Source of the DNA: Iphione sp. A-MEVVRFRX5
Lineage: Eukaryota
DNA length: 64,000 bases
Assembly (NCBI GenBank): GCA_976226885.1
Contig: OZ320318.1
Span: 55,924,001 to 55,988,000 of the forward strand
Reading direction: 5' to 3'
Positions 12,780 through 24,700 of the stretch are shown here, piece after piece. The notes below the pieces were generated by a model, which had not been told where the DNA came from, ran no database searches, and saw nothing but the letters and a program-made list of their open reading frames with translations. Every line of letters starts with the position of its first letter. The stretch's first letter is position 1. A program made the translations under genes and the position numbers.

Positions 12780-15700
12780 CTGAAAGTACAGATTTCTACT
12801 CGTCACATCCAATGCATCTATGAGTCAAGAGTTATATGTGCCTACGTCCAATACTGATCTGTGTCCATTATTGCCTTACGTGCTATTAACTTGAGAGAAG
12901 AATACCAGCTGATTTGCAAGAGTTCACCTCATCTCAAAGATCTATGGTATCAAATGGATGTCCGTAAATGCATATGAATTCGACAGAAATACTCACCTAC
13001 AGAGGGGGAAACAGGCTTCATTTATTGCAGGCATTTCCGATGACGTATCTAACAACAACAAATCGTTATCCATCATTACGAACAAGCATTCATAATGGGA
13101 ACATCGAGATTACTGAAAATGGTTTCAATTGACCGATCGACGAATTGCTTCATTTTGCAGTAAAATGATGTTGTTTACACTTGCGGTAAAATTTACGTCC
13201 TTTACATCATGAGTTCACAGGAAAAATTTATAGGACTGAACCTTCTCTGCACATTGAGCTACATTAAGACAGGCTTTTGCTCATTGTCTTCCTTGCTTAA
13301 CCTCCTTAACTTCAGCGTTAATTTGATATGAATTTTATGAAAATCGGACAATTAGAACTGTGTTTTTTCAGGTTGGAAAGACACCTCCTGTCTTGATTTT
13401 TTTACAAGCAGCATGTGCTCTGTCATAGTCTAGGCTAGGACTGTCATAGCCTTGCTACCAGTTCTAACACTCTACCGGGGAAACTGTATATTATTGCTTG
13501 GATAAACAAGTGGGAAGGGTCACCCAACCCAGAAACGGATGTACACACATTCAATTCATTCACAATCAAAATGGAGGTCGATGCTCGACTAAATTTTTCT
13601 ATGTAGAAATTTGGGCAAAATAGATCATTTTCAATTGAACTATGACACAAATCACCACAATATTTTAGTTTCATACCTTTTGGACATGTTTGGAGGCTAA
13701 CTGGAATTATATTTTGATTTATATGTAGCAGCTTACTTAATAGCATCATGTTTGTTGTAAACCAGAAAAAAACAAAGTTTAGGTATACTGGTCATGCTCA
13801 AACCTATATTTTATTGGGTCAAGCATGTGCAGAAGGATATTTCAAGACAGCGTACGTCATGTATATAGATACCATCTTCAAGTCAATAAAGATGAATAAA
13901 TTGTGAGTATAAGACATTAAAATGGAGAAAAATGGTAATTATATCATTGTTAGAACTGTGATTAAGGACAATTCTCTGGAAAGGGATCCCCTGGTCCTAT
14001 CCGGGTCACCTCAGGGAGTGACTTCCTCAACTACCTTCGGTGTCTTTAATTGCTTAGTTACATCCATTGTTTTTTTATGTTACGACGCAATTCTGCAATG
14101 GGTCAATTGGACAGAGGAAAATCCAAAATTGCATCCTTTTGTACAGTGGAACCCTATATCAAGGACACCCTCTACTAAGGACACCCAACCTAAGGCCAAA
14201 AAAAGAATTAGGTGTGTTTCTGGTAATGACCAGCCAAAAACCTAGGTAGGGAGGGGGGTATCTATTTTTTCTTTTTTTGGATATTTTTCTAGTTTCTTCC
14301 TCTGGTTTTCAATAATGATAAAGACAATATAAAGAATTTTGACCAATCTGTATGAGCTTTACAGTTTTTTTGTGAATTTCCATGGATTTTGTTGTTTTTC
14401 ACTGAAATTACCAAAAACATGTGTAATGAAAACACATGTCTAAGGAAGTTCAGCCTTGGAAACTCTTTCGGGCCAAAAAATCTTTAGGTAGGGGTGGGTT
14501 ACCTGAAACACACCTATTTTTGGGGGGGCCTAATTTACAGGTTGCAAACAAAACCAAATCTATATATCATAGTTAAATACTCCTGCTATTAAGGACACCC
14601 CTCTTCATGTATGTACATTCTGTTGTCAGTCCATTTGCTATCTGTAATAGAGAGGTCGACATGTCACAAAGAAGGCAAACTAGACAATTAATAGAAATTG
14701 TTAGCACACAGATATGTGCGCATTAGATATATGGCTCGTAAAATCAGATCAATGATACTTTCCATGACTCAGTGTTGATTTGCCATCACAGATGAGGCGT
14801 GTATAATAATCTGGGGTATGAATTCAGTCACACTGCAAAAACACTTACTTGATATACCATTTATAGCTCTTACTCCATCGAGTATTTCAACGGCTGTGTT
14901 TTCTATAGTTAAGTGGTTATCAAGAGCTCGGATCCTGGACTCGATGGCAGCTAAAAGCGCCGCCTCTTGAGAGACCGACAAAGGTTGCTCTGTCACAAGT
15001 GATGCCACGATTATTGTACTTCCTGTCCTGCAAAATGGTGTTCAAAGAAGAACTAGTTTAACCGGAGGAAGTTTAATCATTAGAACGAGGCTATTCAGTT
15101 AAGTTATTACATGTACACTACCCATATAAAATGTCTGAGAGTAACTCCGGTTCATGCATAGAAATCTCGCAGCTATGCAGTTTTAGAAAAATATTTGTCT
15201 GCACACGAGCTCTGTATGCATGCTGTATGAAAAGATGCAATTATGCAGGAAATAGCAAATTGAGATTCCTACTGTGCTTTTAAGAGGGAGGACCAGACCT
15301 GCCATATGTTTTAAGTAACATAAAAGGTGCATCCATTTTTATCTTTCTTTAAATAATTTCTATAACAAAAAAACAAATATACAGGTATTGATTTATTAAT
15401 ACCCGAAATACCACAACCTAAATCGGGAAACACCTATGTTTTCTTGCCGGACTTCCCATTCCTTTATGATTAATATAAAATGGATAATCATGAAAAGATA
15501 TCTGTAATTGATCTTCGGACAAAATGTCCTTGCACCTAGCCAACAATATACATATATAGAGAGAGATTTAGAGTAAATTAGGTGAAAAGAACAGCATAAC
15601 TCACATGACACCATATGTAATATCAACCACTCCAAGCCTGCTTATCAGATTAATCTCATTCCAAATCTGTAAATACAGTTCGCTGATACGTAAAGGGAAC

Positions 15701-18700
15701 GCAGGTTATTATGGGAACATTTCCAAAGAAATATAATTTCATATCGTTTAATCCTTTGCAGGTACATTTATTCGTTCAGAGAATTTTTCAAACTTTGTTA
15801 TAGATAGGATTGGTCTCCGAAGATTTCTGATACAATCCGGAGCAAAAATTTCAAGAGGGGTAATGTGTTCCTCATAGAGGACCACATTTATACAAATATC
15901 ATATCATTCAAGGGAAAATGAGGGACAGGAAGAACAAAAATCGACTGATTTGTAGTCTTATTTATAGTATTTTAAACGTACCTGTTCTGCAAAAGCTGTC
16001 ATTATTGCAATACTCTCGGGCGAGGAAGTGTTGAATAGAGCTGGAGTCGATGTCAGATTCAACAAGATTGCCACATCCAAATGGGAAGATGCTGTAGTTG
16101 TTTAAAAGGACATCTTTATTAAAAAATAAATAGATCAAACTACATCTTTTTCCTTTTGATGGTGGGAAGGGATTCTTTGTCTGTAAGCTAAATGCAAATG
16201 CAAACCAAACTTTTCTGTATTTTTACGATTAATGTGAAATCTCCATTTACCTGAACAGAAACTGCTGTTAACAAGAAAGTAACCTTGTCGGCAAGCGCAG
16301 GTATAGCTCCCTGGGACGTTCAAGCATATATGCTGGCACGCTTGAGATTGCGATTCACATTCATTTACATCTGTCATCAAAGCAAAACAAGGGTTTTTAG
16401 CTGCTTGCCTGTCTTTCTATTCCTTCGTTTTTCACCCTTTGAACACCGGGACCTACCTCAATGAAAAATACGAGAGGTAACAGGAGGATAATAAAAACGA
16501 TGCTAGTACCGTGTTGTCGAAAGATATTCATTTCGGACTCTTTTTGTGCACTAAGAACATCACACCACCAGCGCCATCTGTACGTCTGTGTATGTAACAG
16601 GGAGACAACTACCCACCGCATTTCTAGTTCTTTGTTATAATTGTTTTGTGTAATACATAGCATGATAGCTTCACGGTACAGTGTGTTTGGCATGTATATG
16701 AAATTTATTGTGTCAAATCTTTAGAAATGTGAAACTGACCAACAACTCTAGGATGGTTTATTCTATAAACAAGGAACTTGCAATGCAATGAGGTGCTCTA
16801 GTCCATTGATTTAGACTTCAGACATGTCTTTGGCCACATGCTTCTATAGTTTACCGCGTCTTTTCAAAAGCCATTGTATGCAATCATAGAAGAGATGAAT
16901 ATGAAAATTGCGTTTCTCCTTAAAAGGAACAGTCAAAGGTGCCATAGTTGTATATTTTGAACAAACCTTCACAGTAGCGTTTGTCTTCTTGCAGCACATA
17001 ACCGTCATAACAGGAGCACGTGTAAGACCCCTCGATGTTTTCGCATCGATGGAAACAACAGCCGTTTATCTGCGCACATTCATCAAGGTCTAAGGTTATA
17101 TAAAACGCAGTGGATTAGAATGCCTCTTACTTCATGAAACAAATCTCATTTCTTATAAATTTACGACATTCAATCTGCATATATATTGAAACGTTTGCTT
17201 GGTTTCTTACCACGACACTGCGTTAAGTTATGTAGAAAGTAGCCCATGGGACACAAGCACAAATACGTTCCAACACTATTAACGCATGTTCCATCGCACC
17301 CATGTATCCCCAGTTCACATTCATCTTCATCTGAAAGGAAAAGTTGGACTGACAACGTTTTAAAAAAAAACTTACAAAACATAGTACGATGAAAGCTACT
17401 CCCAACCCTTGTTCTTTGTCATATGACCTAGAGAGTTTATACGATCATGCACTGCATAATGATGCAGCCCCAACTTCATCTGTGGCCATTTCCCGGCGTG
17501 AGTCACTCACAAACAGCTTTAAACTGAACTATTTTTCTTAGTGTATAGTTCTTTCTCAAAAGCAGTCAAACAGCGTTGAAAAGTCGATCAGACTTTGTTA
17601 TACTGTTGGCTGCTTGGACATAGAAAACGCATCCAGGTCGTGCAAAAGCGTATTAATTAAAGGAATAACATGTCACTTCATGTTCGCGTTTGGTACACTT
17701 TGACCTTGTTGACCTGGCGACCACGTTCCGACAGCCATCATGGCACGTTGGGACTTGGCTTACCTTAGGAAGAGCTGTACATGTGTATGTAGGTTTGGAA
17801 CTTGCAGAGTGGCTGCGCCCAACAGATATCATTCATAGCTGTGGAAGAGTCCGCCATCTTATCTATTTGTTGGTAACCAGGCAGGGGTGTTTTTCTTAAA
17901 CGGCATCATTTTTTTAGCGGAAGGTGGAAAAGTCAAGTATATATAGCTAGTGCGAATTCTGAATCACTTCTATTAGCATACCTAAGCAACTGCGGCCATT
18001 ATTGGAGAGTCTATATCCAGGCGGGCAGCCACAAGTGTAACTTCCCGGCTCGTCATAGCAATCGTATTCGCATCCACCGTTGGCGGTCAGGCATTCGTTC
18101 AGATCTGAATGGTTGGATGATTTCCATTAATTGAATGTAGCATAGCAAACGGGAAAAATGTTGCATATCGTTTCTTAAAATATAAATATTGGAATCATTT
18201 TTTCTCGCAAACCGTTGGCACCCACAGATAATCTTTATTTTGATTGCCTGTGATAATATTTAAAAATATTCTCTGAGACATGACCGACACAATGAGTGTC
18301 TTTCACCCGGAAGAATAAACTCAGTTATCTAAGCGTTTAGTTTGCCTGGTCCCTTCAATTCGTATGTAATCCACACCACAGTAGTAGCTGGGCAAGTACC
18401 TTCTGTCTAGAAGATATTTGCACCTTCTTAAATCTTTCCATGCAAGTGATACTTGCACCATGCAGATCAGCCTATATTGTTCAACATAAAAGGTGCATTC
18501 ATTGTGAGTGCATTGTATGTCTGTCATTGCCAGTAATACTTGCATCGTGTGTAGCTTTCCATGTGTAGGTTCTGTGTGAACTTTGAGGATTTATCTGTGT
18601 AGGTGATGTTTGCAAATATTTATCTATCCAGGACCATACCTAGATGTCTGAGTGGGGGTTCCTGTTGACTATTTAAATGGATTATGCGGCCAAAAGTAAA

Positions 18701-21700
18701 TAATTAATTCCGCATTGTTGTTAGCTTGGAGAGTCAGTCATTAAAACACTCACATGTTATTCATGAATTTAAAAGTAATATATCCTCCAATTAGAAGTAC
18801 ACTACTTTTTAAGGGGTTCGACCGAATACCCTAGTTGCGAGCCTGCTATCTCCTCCTGAATTAGGTGGCCCGAGGTTATGATTTTTTGCATATACATGCA
18901 AATATATGACCTGTATGTGTGTCCAATACTCAGCTCTAGGTTTTGTCTGCATTTGGATATGATTCATTAATTATTTTGATTAATATAACAAACACTATAC
19001 CTTCCACCCTTCTTTCCACAACATATAATGCAGGAGATATTATTCATACATGTTACAATACCCATGGGGATGCTCGTCTTTCGGGAAACGCCATTGTTTG
19101 CCTCAACATCTAGATTTTCCTTCATATGATCATGCAAGTCTAAATTTTCCTTGTGGAAAGCATAATATGAAAACATATATTATATGTTTCTATTACCTGA
19201 ACACGTTGACCCATCGGTATCAAGAAATGACCCTTCGGGGCAGGTACATACGTACGTTCCAGCGGTATTGCTGCAATTGTGACTGCAGGAGTGATTAGTC
19301 AGACATTCGTCGATGTCTACAAAAAGAATATAGTGAACATAATACTTTTCTCATCCGTCATTTTAGGTTCACTGGATTACTTCATTTTACGGTAAAGAAA
19401 CTGTTAGGCTTACTTTACAATCGCAAAAGGATTTTTTTATACTTGTTTGTCAAAGCCTTTGTTATTGATGAGAATGACATATATGAATATAACCTATATG
19501 CAAGCAATTCAAATCCAATTTTTGGGAATTACATCTTCATTTTGGTGGCCCCCCATATCCCCTTCTCTACAACGGTATACACCTGTTACTTTCTGTAAAA
19601 CGTGTCAATTGATCAAGTTGTGTCTTCTCATCTGTGTGTAACGCACCGGTGCAGCCAGGCCATGCGCCAGTGAAGAAGTAACCCACCGGGCACCGTGTAG
19701 TCATTGTTGCGTTGCTGTCACATGAATCTGGGTTAGCACAAGTTCCATTGGGGCAGACACAGAGAACCTGACCTGAAAGATATACAGTCATGTCTCATTT
19801 AGGGAAGTATGATAAGGCTCTAGAGCTGCAACCCAGAGAAACAAGGTAATCCTACTGCAGTCCGGTTTACACGAAATATGAAACATCAATTAAGCGAGTC
19901 ATTCAGAGTCACATAATAATAGTTTAAAGGAAAATTGTTCATTTTGATAGCCACTTTAACGTGCACATTTTTTTCCTGTACTTATGAGCATTCACAACAT
20001 ATTATTATTAGGTTCAGCAGTTCGTAAAATACTTAACCTTGCAGGGTGAAATTCCAGAAATCTACACTCGTCAAAGGCTCGTTCCCGATGAAGCAATGCT
20101 GGCTTAAGACAACATCTTTATCCAACAGGATGCTAAGTCTTGTCGGGTTCTCCGGGTAGAACCTGGCGTCTGGTAGGATAGTGAGCAAACCGCCGGGCAA
20201 ATACTGCACCTCAGACTGTCCGCGCTCTGACGTCACATCGATGACGTACACCGGCATGGCGGTGTCAGTCCTTACGAAGATTATGGTGGCGGGCACGTCC
20301 GGTCGCCGGATGGGGGCATCGAAGAGAACGCTAAAACCCGACTGAAGGGTGAACAGTTCACTGCCTCTCCAAGTGAGCGATTCGGGGACCACCCTCACCG
20401 GTTCCGTTGTAAGCCTAATGCAAACCCAGGGGCTGGGTACTCCCTCGGTCGTGAGTATGTACAAACAGACGTAGGAGGTCCCTACTTCCGCTGAAGGAGA
20501 CCAGGATAGTTCCAATGTGGCAGAGTTAGTATCCGACCTGAAGTTCAATTGGGAGTCCAGGTTTTGTGATGAGGCTATGTGTAACTCCAAGGAACTCACA
20601 TCTATACCTATGTTCTCTATGGTGATTTCCATGGTGCGAGTTGAGTTTGGCGCGGTGCCGGTACACCGCTGTTCTAAGGCATCCGAATCAGCAAATGTAG
20701 GCTGAGAATCACAAGGAACGGAGTCGTTGAAGACATAAATCTGAAACTGCAAAGAAGCTTGGCTCAAGGCAACCGTTGCATTGGACTGTTCGTAGTCTTC
20801 CAGGATCAAGGCAATAATGTGGTACCCCTCAACAACAATGAGGGTATCTACAGTCAGCGTGCAGGCGTCAGTATCAAGAGTGACTCCTGTAACTTCCCCA
20901 CAAGCGTCGGCACACTCATCTGCTGTTGTTCCATAGCGGCAGCGTATAATATCGTGGTCTGGGTCTTCCACCGGAATCTGGAGGACGTGGGTGCAGCCAT
21001 GCGCCAGGCGGATGACGGGGACTAGGACGGCGCGCGGGCTTGAATTCACCGTCGAACTGTCGGCTCGTACCGTCGACGTCGCCTGTAGTTGGAGGCGCCA
21101 TGACCTTGTCGTAAAGGTCGGGCCCCAGCAACAACCGAGAGCTACAAGCTGCACTGGGGAGTTACTGGCGGGTACCAGCGGAATACTACCAACGCCAGCT
21201 GTCCAGTCCCCAGCGGCACTGAAGTCCGTACAGGTGTAATTCAGAGGCCCCACACTGGTCGCTACTTCACAGCCCTGGAAGCAAAAGAGGAGGTGCTCGG
21301 CGTTTGTGCTTCCACTCTGAATGGTTGCCGTGTCGCAGAAATGCAGAGGATGACTTCTTTGCCAGAACAATCGGTAGAATATTTGAATCTGGAATTTAAA
21401 TCAAGCCGTTGGTTGTAACAATGCTTATGCGAGAGAGGGTTCAGATGTAAATACACATTCTGAAATTTCTGTAGGGTTTTGACCATTGAGTTTTCCACTT
21501 CTGCGGACAATTCAGCTGGGAACCAACACATGCCTGATTTCTATGATGTTTTTTTAATCTTGTTTAACTTGAATTCAGATTAGAAAGACTTAAAGCTGTT
21601 TCTGGGGTAAATTTCTTTTGCTTAAACTGGATTGATTGAGACCCCCAAATCAGAGGGGTTAAACCTGTTTGGGCCCTTTTCACAGTATCTAGACATCACA

Positions 21701-24700
21701 ACATTTCTGACTGATTGGTTCCAGTAATTTTATTTTTCCTAAACTATGAAAAATTAGTATGCTTACACCGAAATGTCATTTGATGTCTATTTCAATTTTA
21801 AAAATGACAAATTTCTGGAATTTCTTTAAGTTATCATTCTATTTCTTTGTAAAGACAGTGGTATAAATCAACCACTCCATGAAGAACTCCTTATGCTGTA
21901 TGCTTTACTGAGGCTAGCACACACATAAAAAGGAGTGTAATTAATTGACCTCACTATAGTATTGTATTGATATGAATCTTTTAATTATCAAATCCTGTAA
22001 AGGAAATGTTAAAAAGAGTTCAACAGGCAATATCCCTATCAAGGTTATTCCCAAGCTTAACATTCCTCTTAACGCCATTTGCTGAAACATCCTGGAAACC
22101 AGGCAATAAAGTTTAATGAAAAGACTGTCCCCTATTGAGAACTAACATGTACATGTATATTTGTGAGAAGTGATGGAAATGTGGGTAGCCAATCATTTGG
22201 ATCTTTATGTTAAATAACCATTTAAGAGTCCTAAAAATAAAGGAAATGAAAGTCTACTCAGGAAAACTTTGTTTGCTTATTTGTCATGAAGAATCTGTTG
22301 CAAAAGTCAGTTGTGGTAAATTTTGTTCCTAATAAGGATATTTGTGTCATATGATATGTAAATGACCTAATTGTACGCCATTCTGGTGAAATGAGTTTGA
22401 AGTCAGAAAAAATCGAAGTTGTTTACATGTTTCATTGAAAAATGCAATTGCTTAGCTTTCTAATGAGGTATATTAGGCAAAATATGGTGATGTGACAAAG
22501 TAATGTAGTATTGCAGTAAACCACAAATGAGAAACTAAGATGTTTGTCTTTGAAGATTCATAGGTGCACTCTACCATGGTCTTCTAGAATAACCACAGCA
22601 ACACATATTTCTTATTTCTCAATCTTCCTGAAACTGTACATAGTCTATCTTTGCTATCTAAGCTATAAAATACAAAGAATCATGTATTTTGAGACATAAT
22701 ATTTTATTTATGCCGGCCTTTGAAAACATGAGAAATTCTCCCTCTGGAATGGAAGCTCAACCTAGAAAGGCAAGCACAAAGTATCACAGCACCTTCATCT
22801 AGAAGCTTAAAAGTGGCTGTTGGTTGACCATAGGTTGAAAAAAAGTCTGTGTAAGTGTTCACAATTCTCTTGGGCTGATTAAAAGTGCAGTCTTGGAGGT
22901 TATAATCATAACTTAGGAAATTCTGCAGCAATATGATGCTCTACAAATATTGCATGATATATGAATTTAATGTGGGTGACGTTGTGGTGTAGATGACAAA
23001 ACATGAAGAATTAACAAAAACAAAGTATGTATCATTCACGACTCATTCTTAGAGTGAGGATGACGTCACAGTGGTATTTCAGACTGGTGTCCCGACTTAT
23101 ATACAGGGCAGGGTGCCAGGTGTGGAGGTGAAAGACAATGGACTTCTCTCTTTGAGCTATTATACTGTTTAGTCACATAATAATTATTTGGCATTGTTTT
23201 CAATGCTGGTTCTGACATTATGATGAGCACACATATAGAACTACCTTAAGATGCAGTGCATATGTCAAAATAATCATTAGTTTGTTTTCACCAGCCCCCA
23301 GAGTTCACATTCGGATATGCAGAAACTCCCCAATTATCAGCCACTCTTCACCTCTACAGTATTTTCACTGAATTACAAAGTTTAGAAAAAGTTTTCAATC
23401 TATACACTAATTCAGTTATTTAGTTTATCAATAAAACCGTGAAATGAGCACAGTGGCTTTATATGATATCAATGAAATCTCTATGAAAATTGGCTTGACA
23501 ACTCATTGTTTACACTTTACTCACCACAAGTACCCTGATTCCCCACTCCAAGAATTGTAATAAGCTTAGTTAACCATGTGGGGTTTTTTATCTGTGACCA
23601 TTGCAATCATTTAGCATAAACATTACCACTAAATAAATCAAGCAATACGATAACTGGAAAAGGGACACCTCTTGCACAATTTGTACGTTTTCATATGCTT
23701 GTCTCATCAAGCGTTTCGTTAATGTGTAGATTCTGCAAACTTTAAACAATCATGCGAATACTAAAAGAAAAACGTCATTAAACATGATTATTCACATATC
23801 CTTTACATCTTTCGGGCATATATTTCTGCTGTATATATTCTATTTTCCTGCATTTCTGACCTTGTTTACAGATTTCCCTGCCTGACAACAATGAAGAAAA
23901 TCGATTTTTTCCAATCCCACAGAGACGGTACACACATGAATATATCCTCCCTTAGTTGTTACGCAGGTGCCTTTGGGGAGCGCAATGACGCGTACACGTG
24001 CCCGGAAGCACATACACACATATATCATGCCTTATATACAAATGCGATGCAATTTCACAAATGTCGTCATCTCTCCTCACTTCACAGCTTAATTGTTTCT
24101 GAAATTGTCCAGACAAACTTTGTTGCATCAAACAGAATTCATTATCTCACCAACATAGCGACAGGACTGCTCTAGTATGTATGAACCCAAATGGCATGGG
24201 ATAAGAATCTTGTGCACAATACTTTTAGAAGTACGTTGCTTACATCGGTTGTTTTTGCCTCCTTTAGCACCACATTCTGAACATAATGTGCATTCTTCGT
24301 CGCAAGTGTCTCTGCAACTACCAGCAACAGCTGTGGCAACTTGTTTTACCCTCTCCTTGAATATTTCGAAATGAGGCCGATTTAATAAGGTCTGCTCGTG
24401 ATTAAGTTACCAATAGTTTAATTAGGTCCATAAAAGCCAATATTCTTGGTGAAATCGGTGTCAATATTGATGGACTGAGAGGAGGAGTCCTTGGTACGAG
24501 GATTAACAAAGTAAGAGGGTTTGACTGAGACCTTGTCCACCTTACAGGACAAGGGGGCGAAGACACTTTTAGGGAGATCCTAGAGAAACATGCCTAGAGA
24601 TAACCTAGGGAAACTTTTAGAAAATAAGCAAGGAACAGTTCAGTCGAAATAATGACCAGAAAAAGACAAAGCGAACGGGGAAATATAAAGCTTGTCAACA

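Noticed and set aside
13444-13749. Cys-containing 101-aa ORF as a full extra exon of gene 1
   Set aside because: Cys spacing fits no EGF pattern and no good phase-1 donor lies at its end; only the 24-nt microexon is kept as a candidate.
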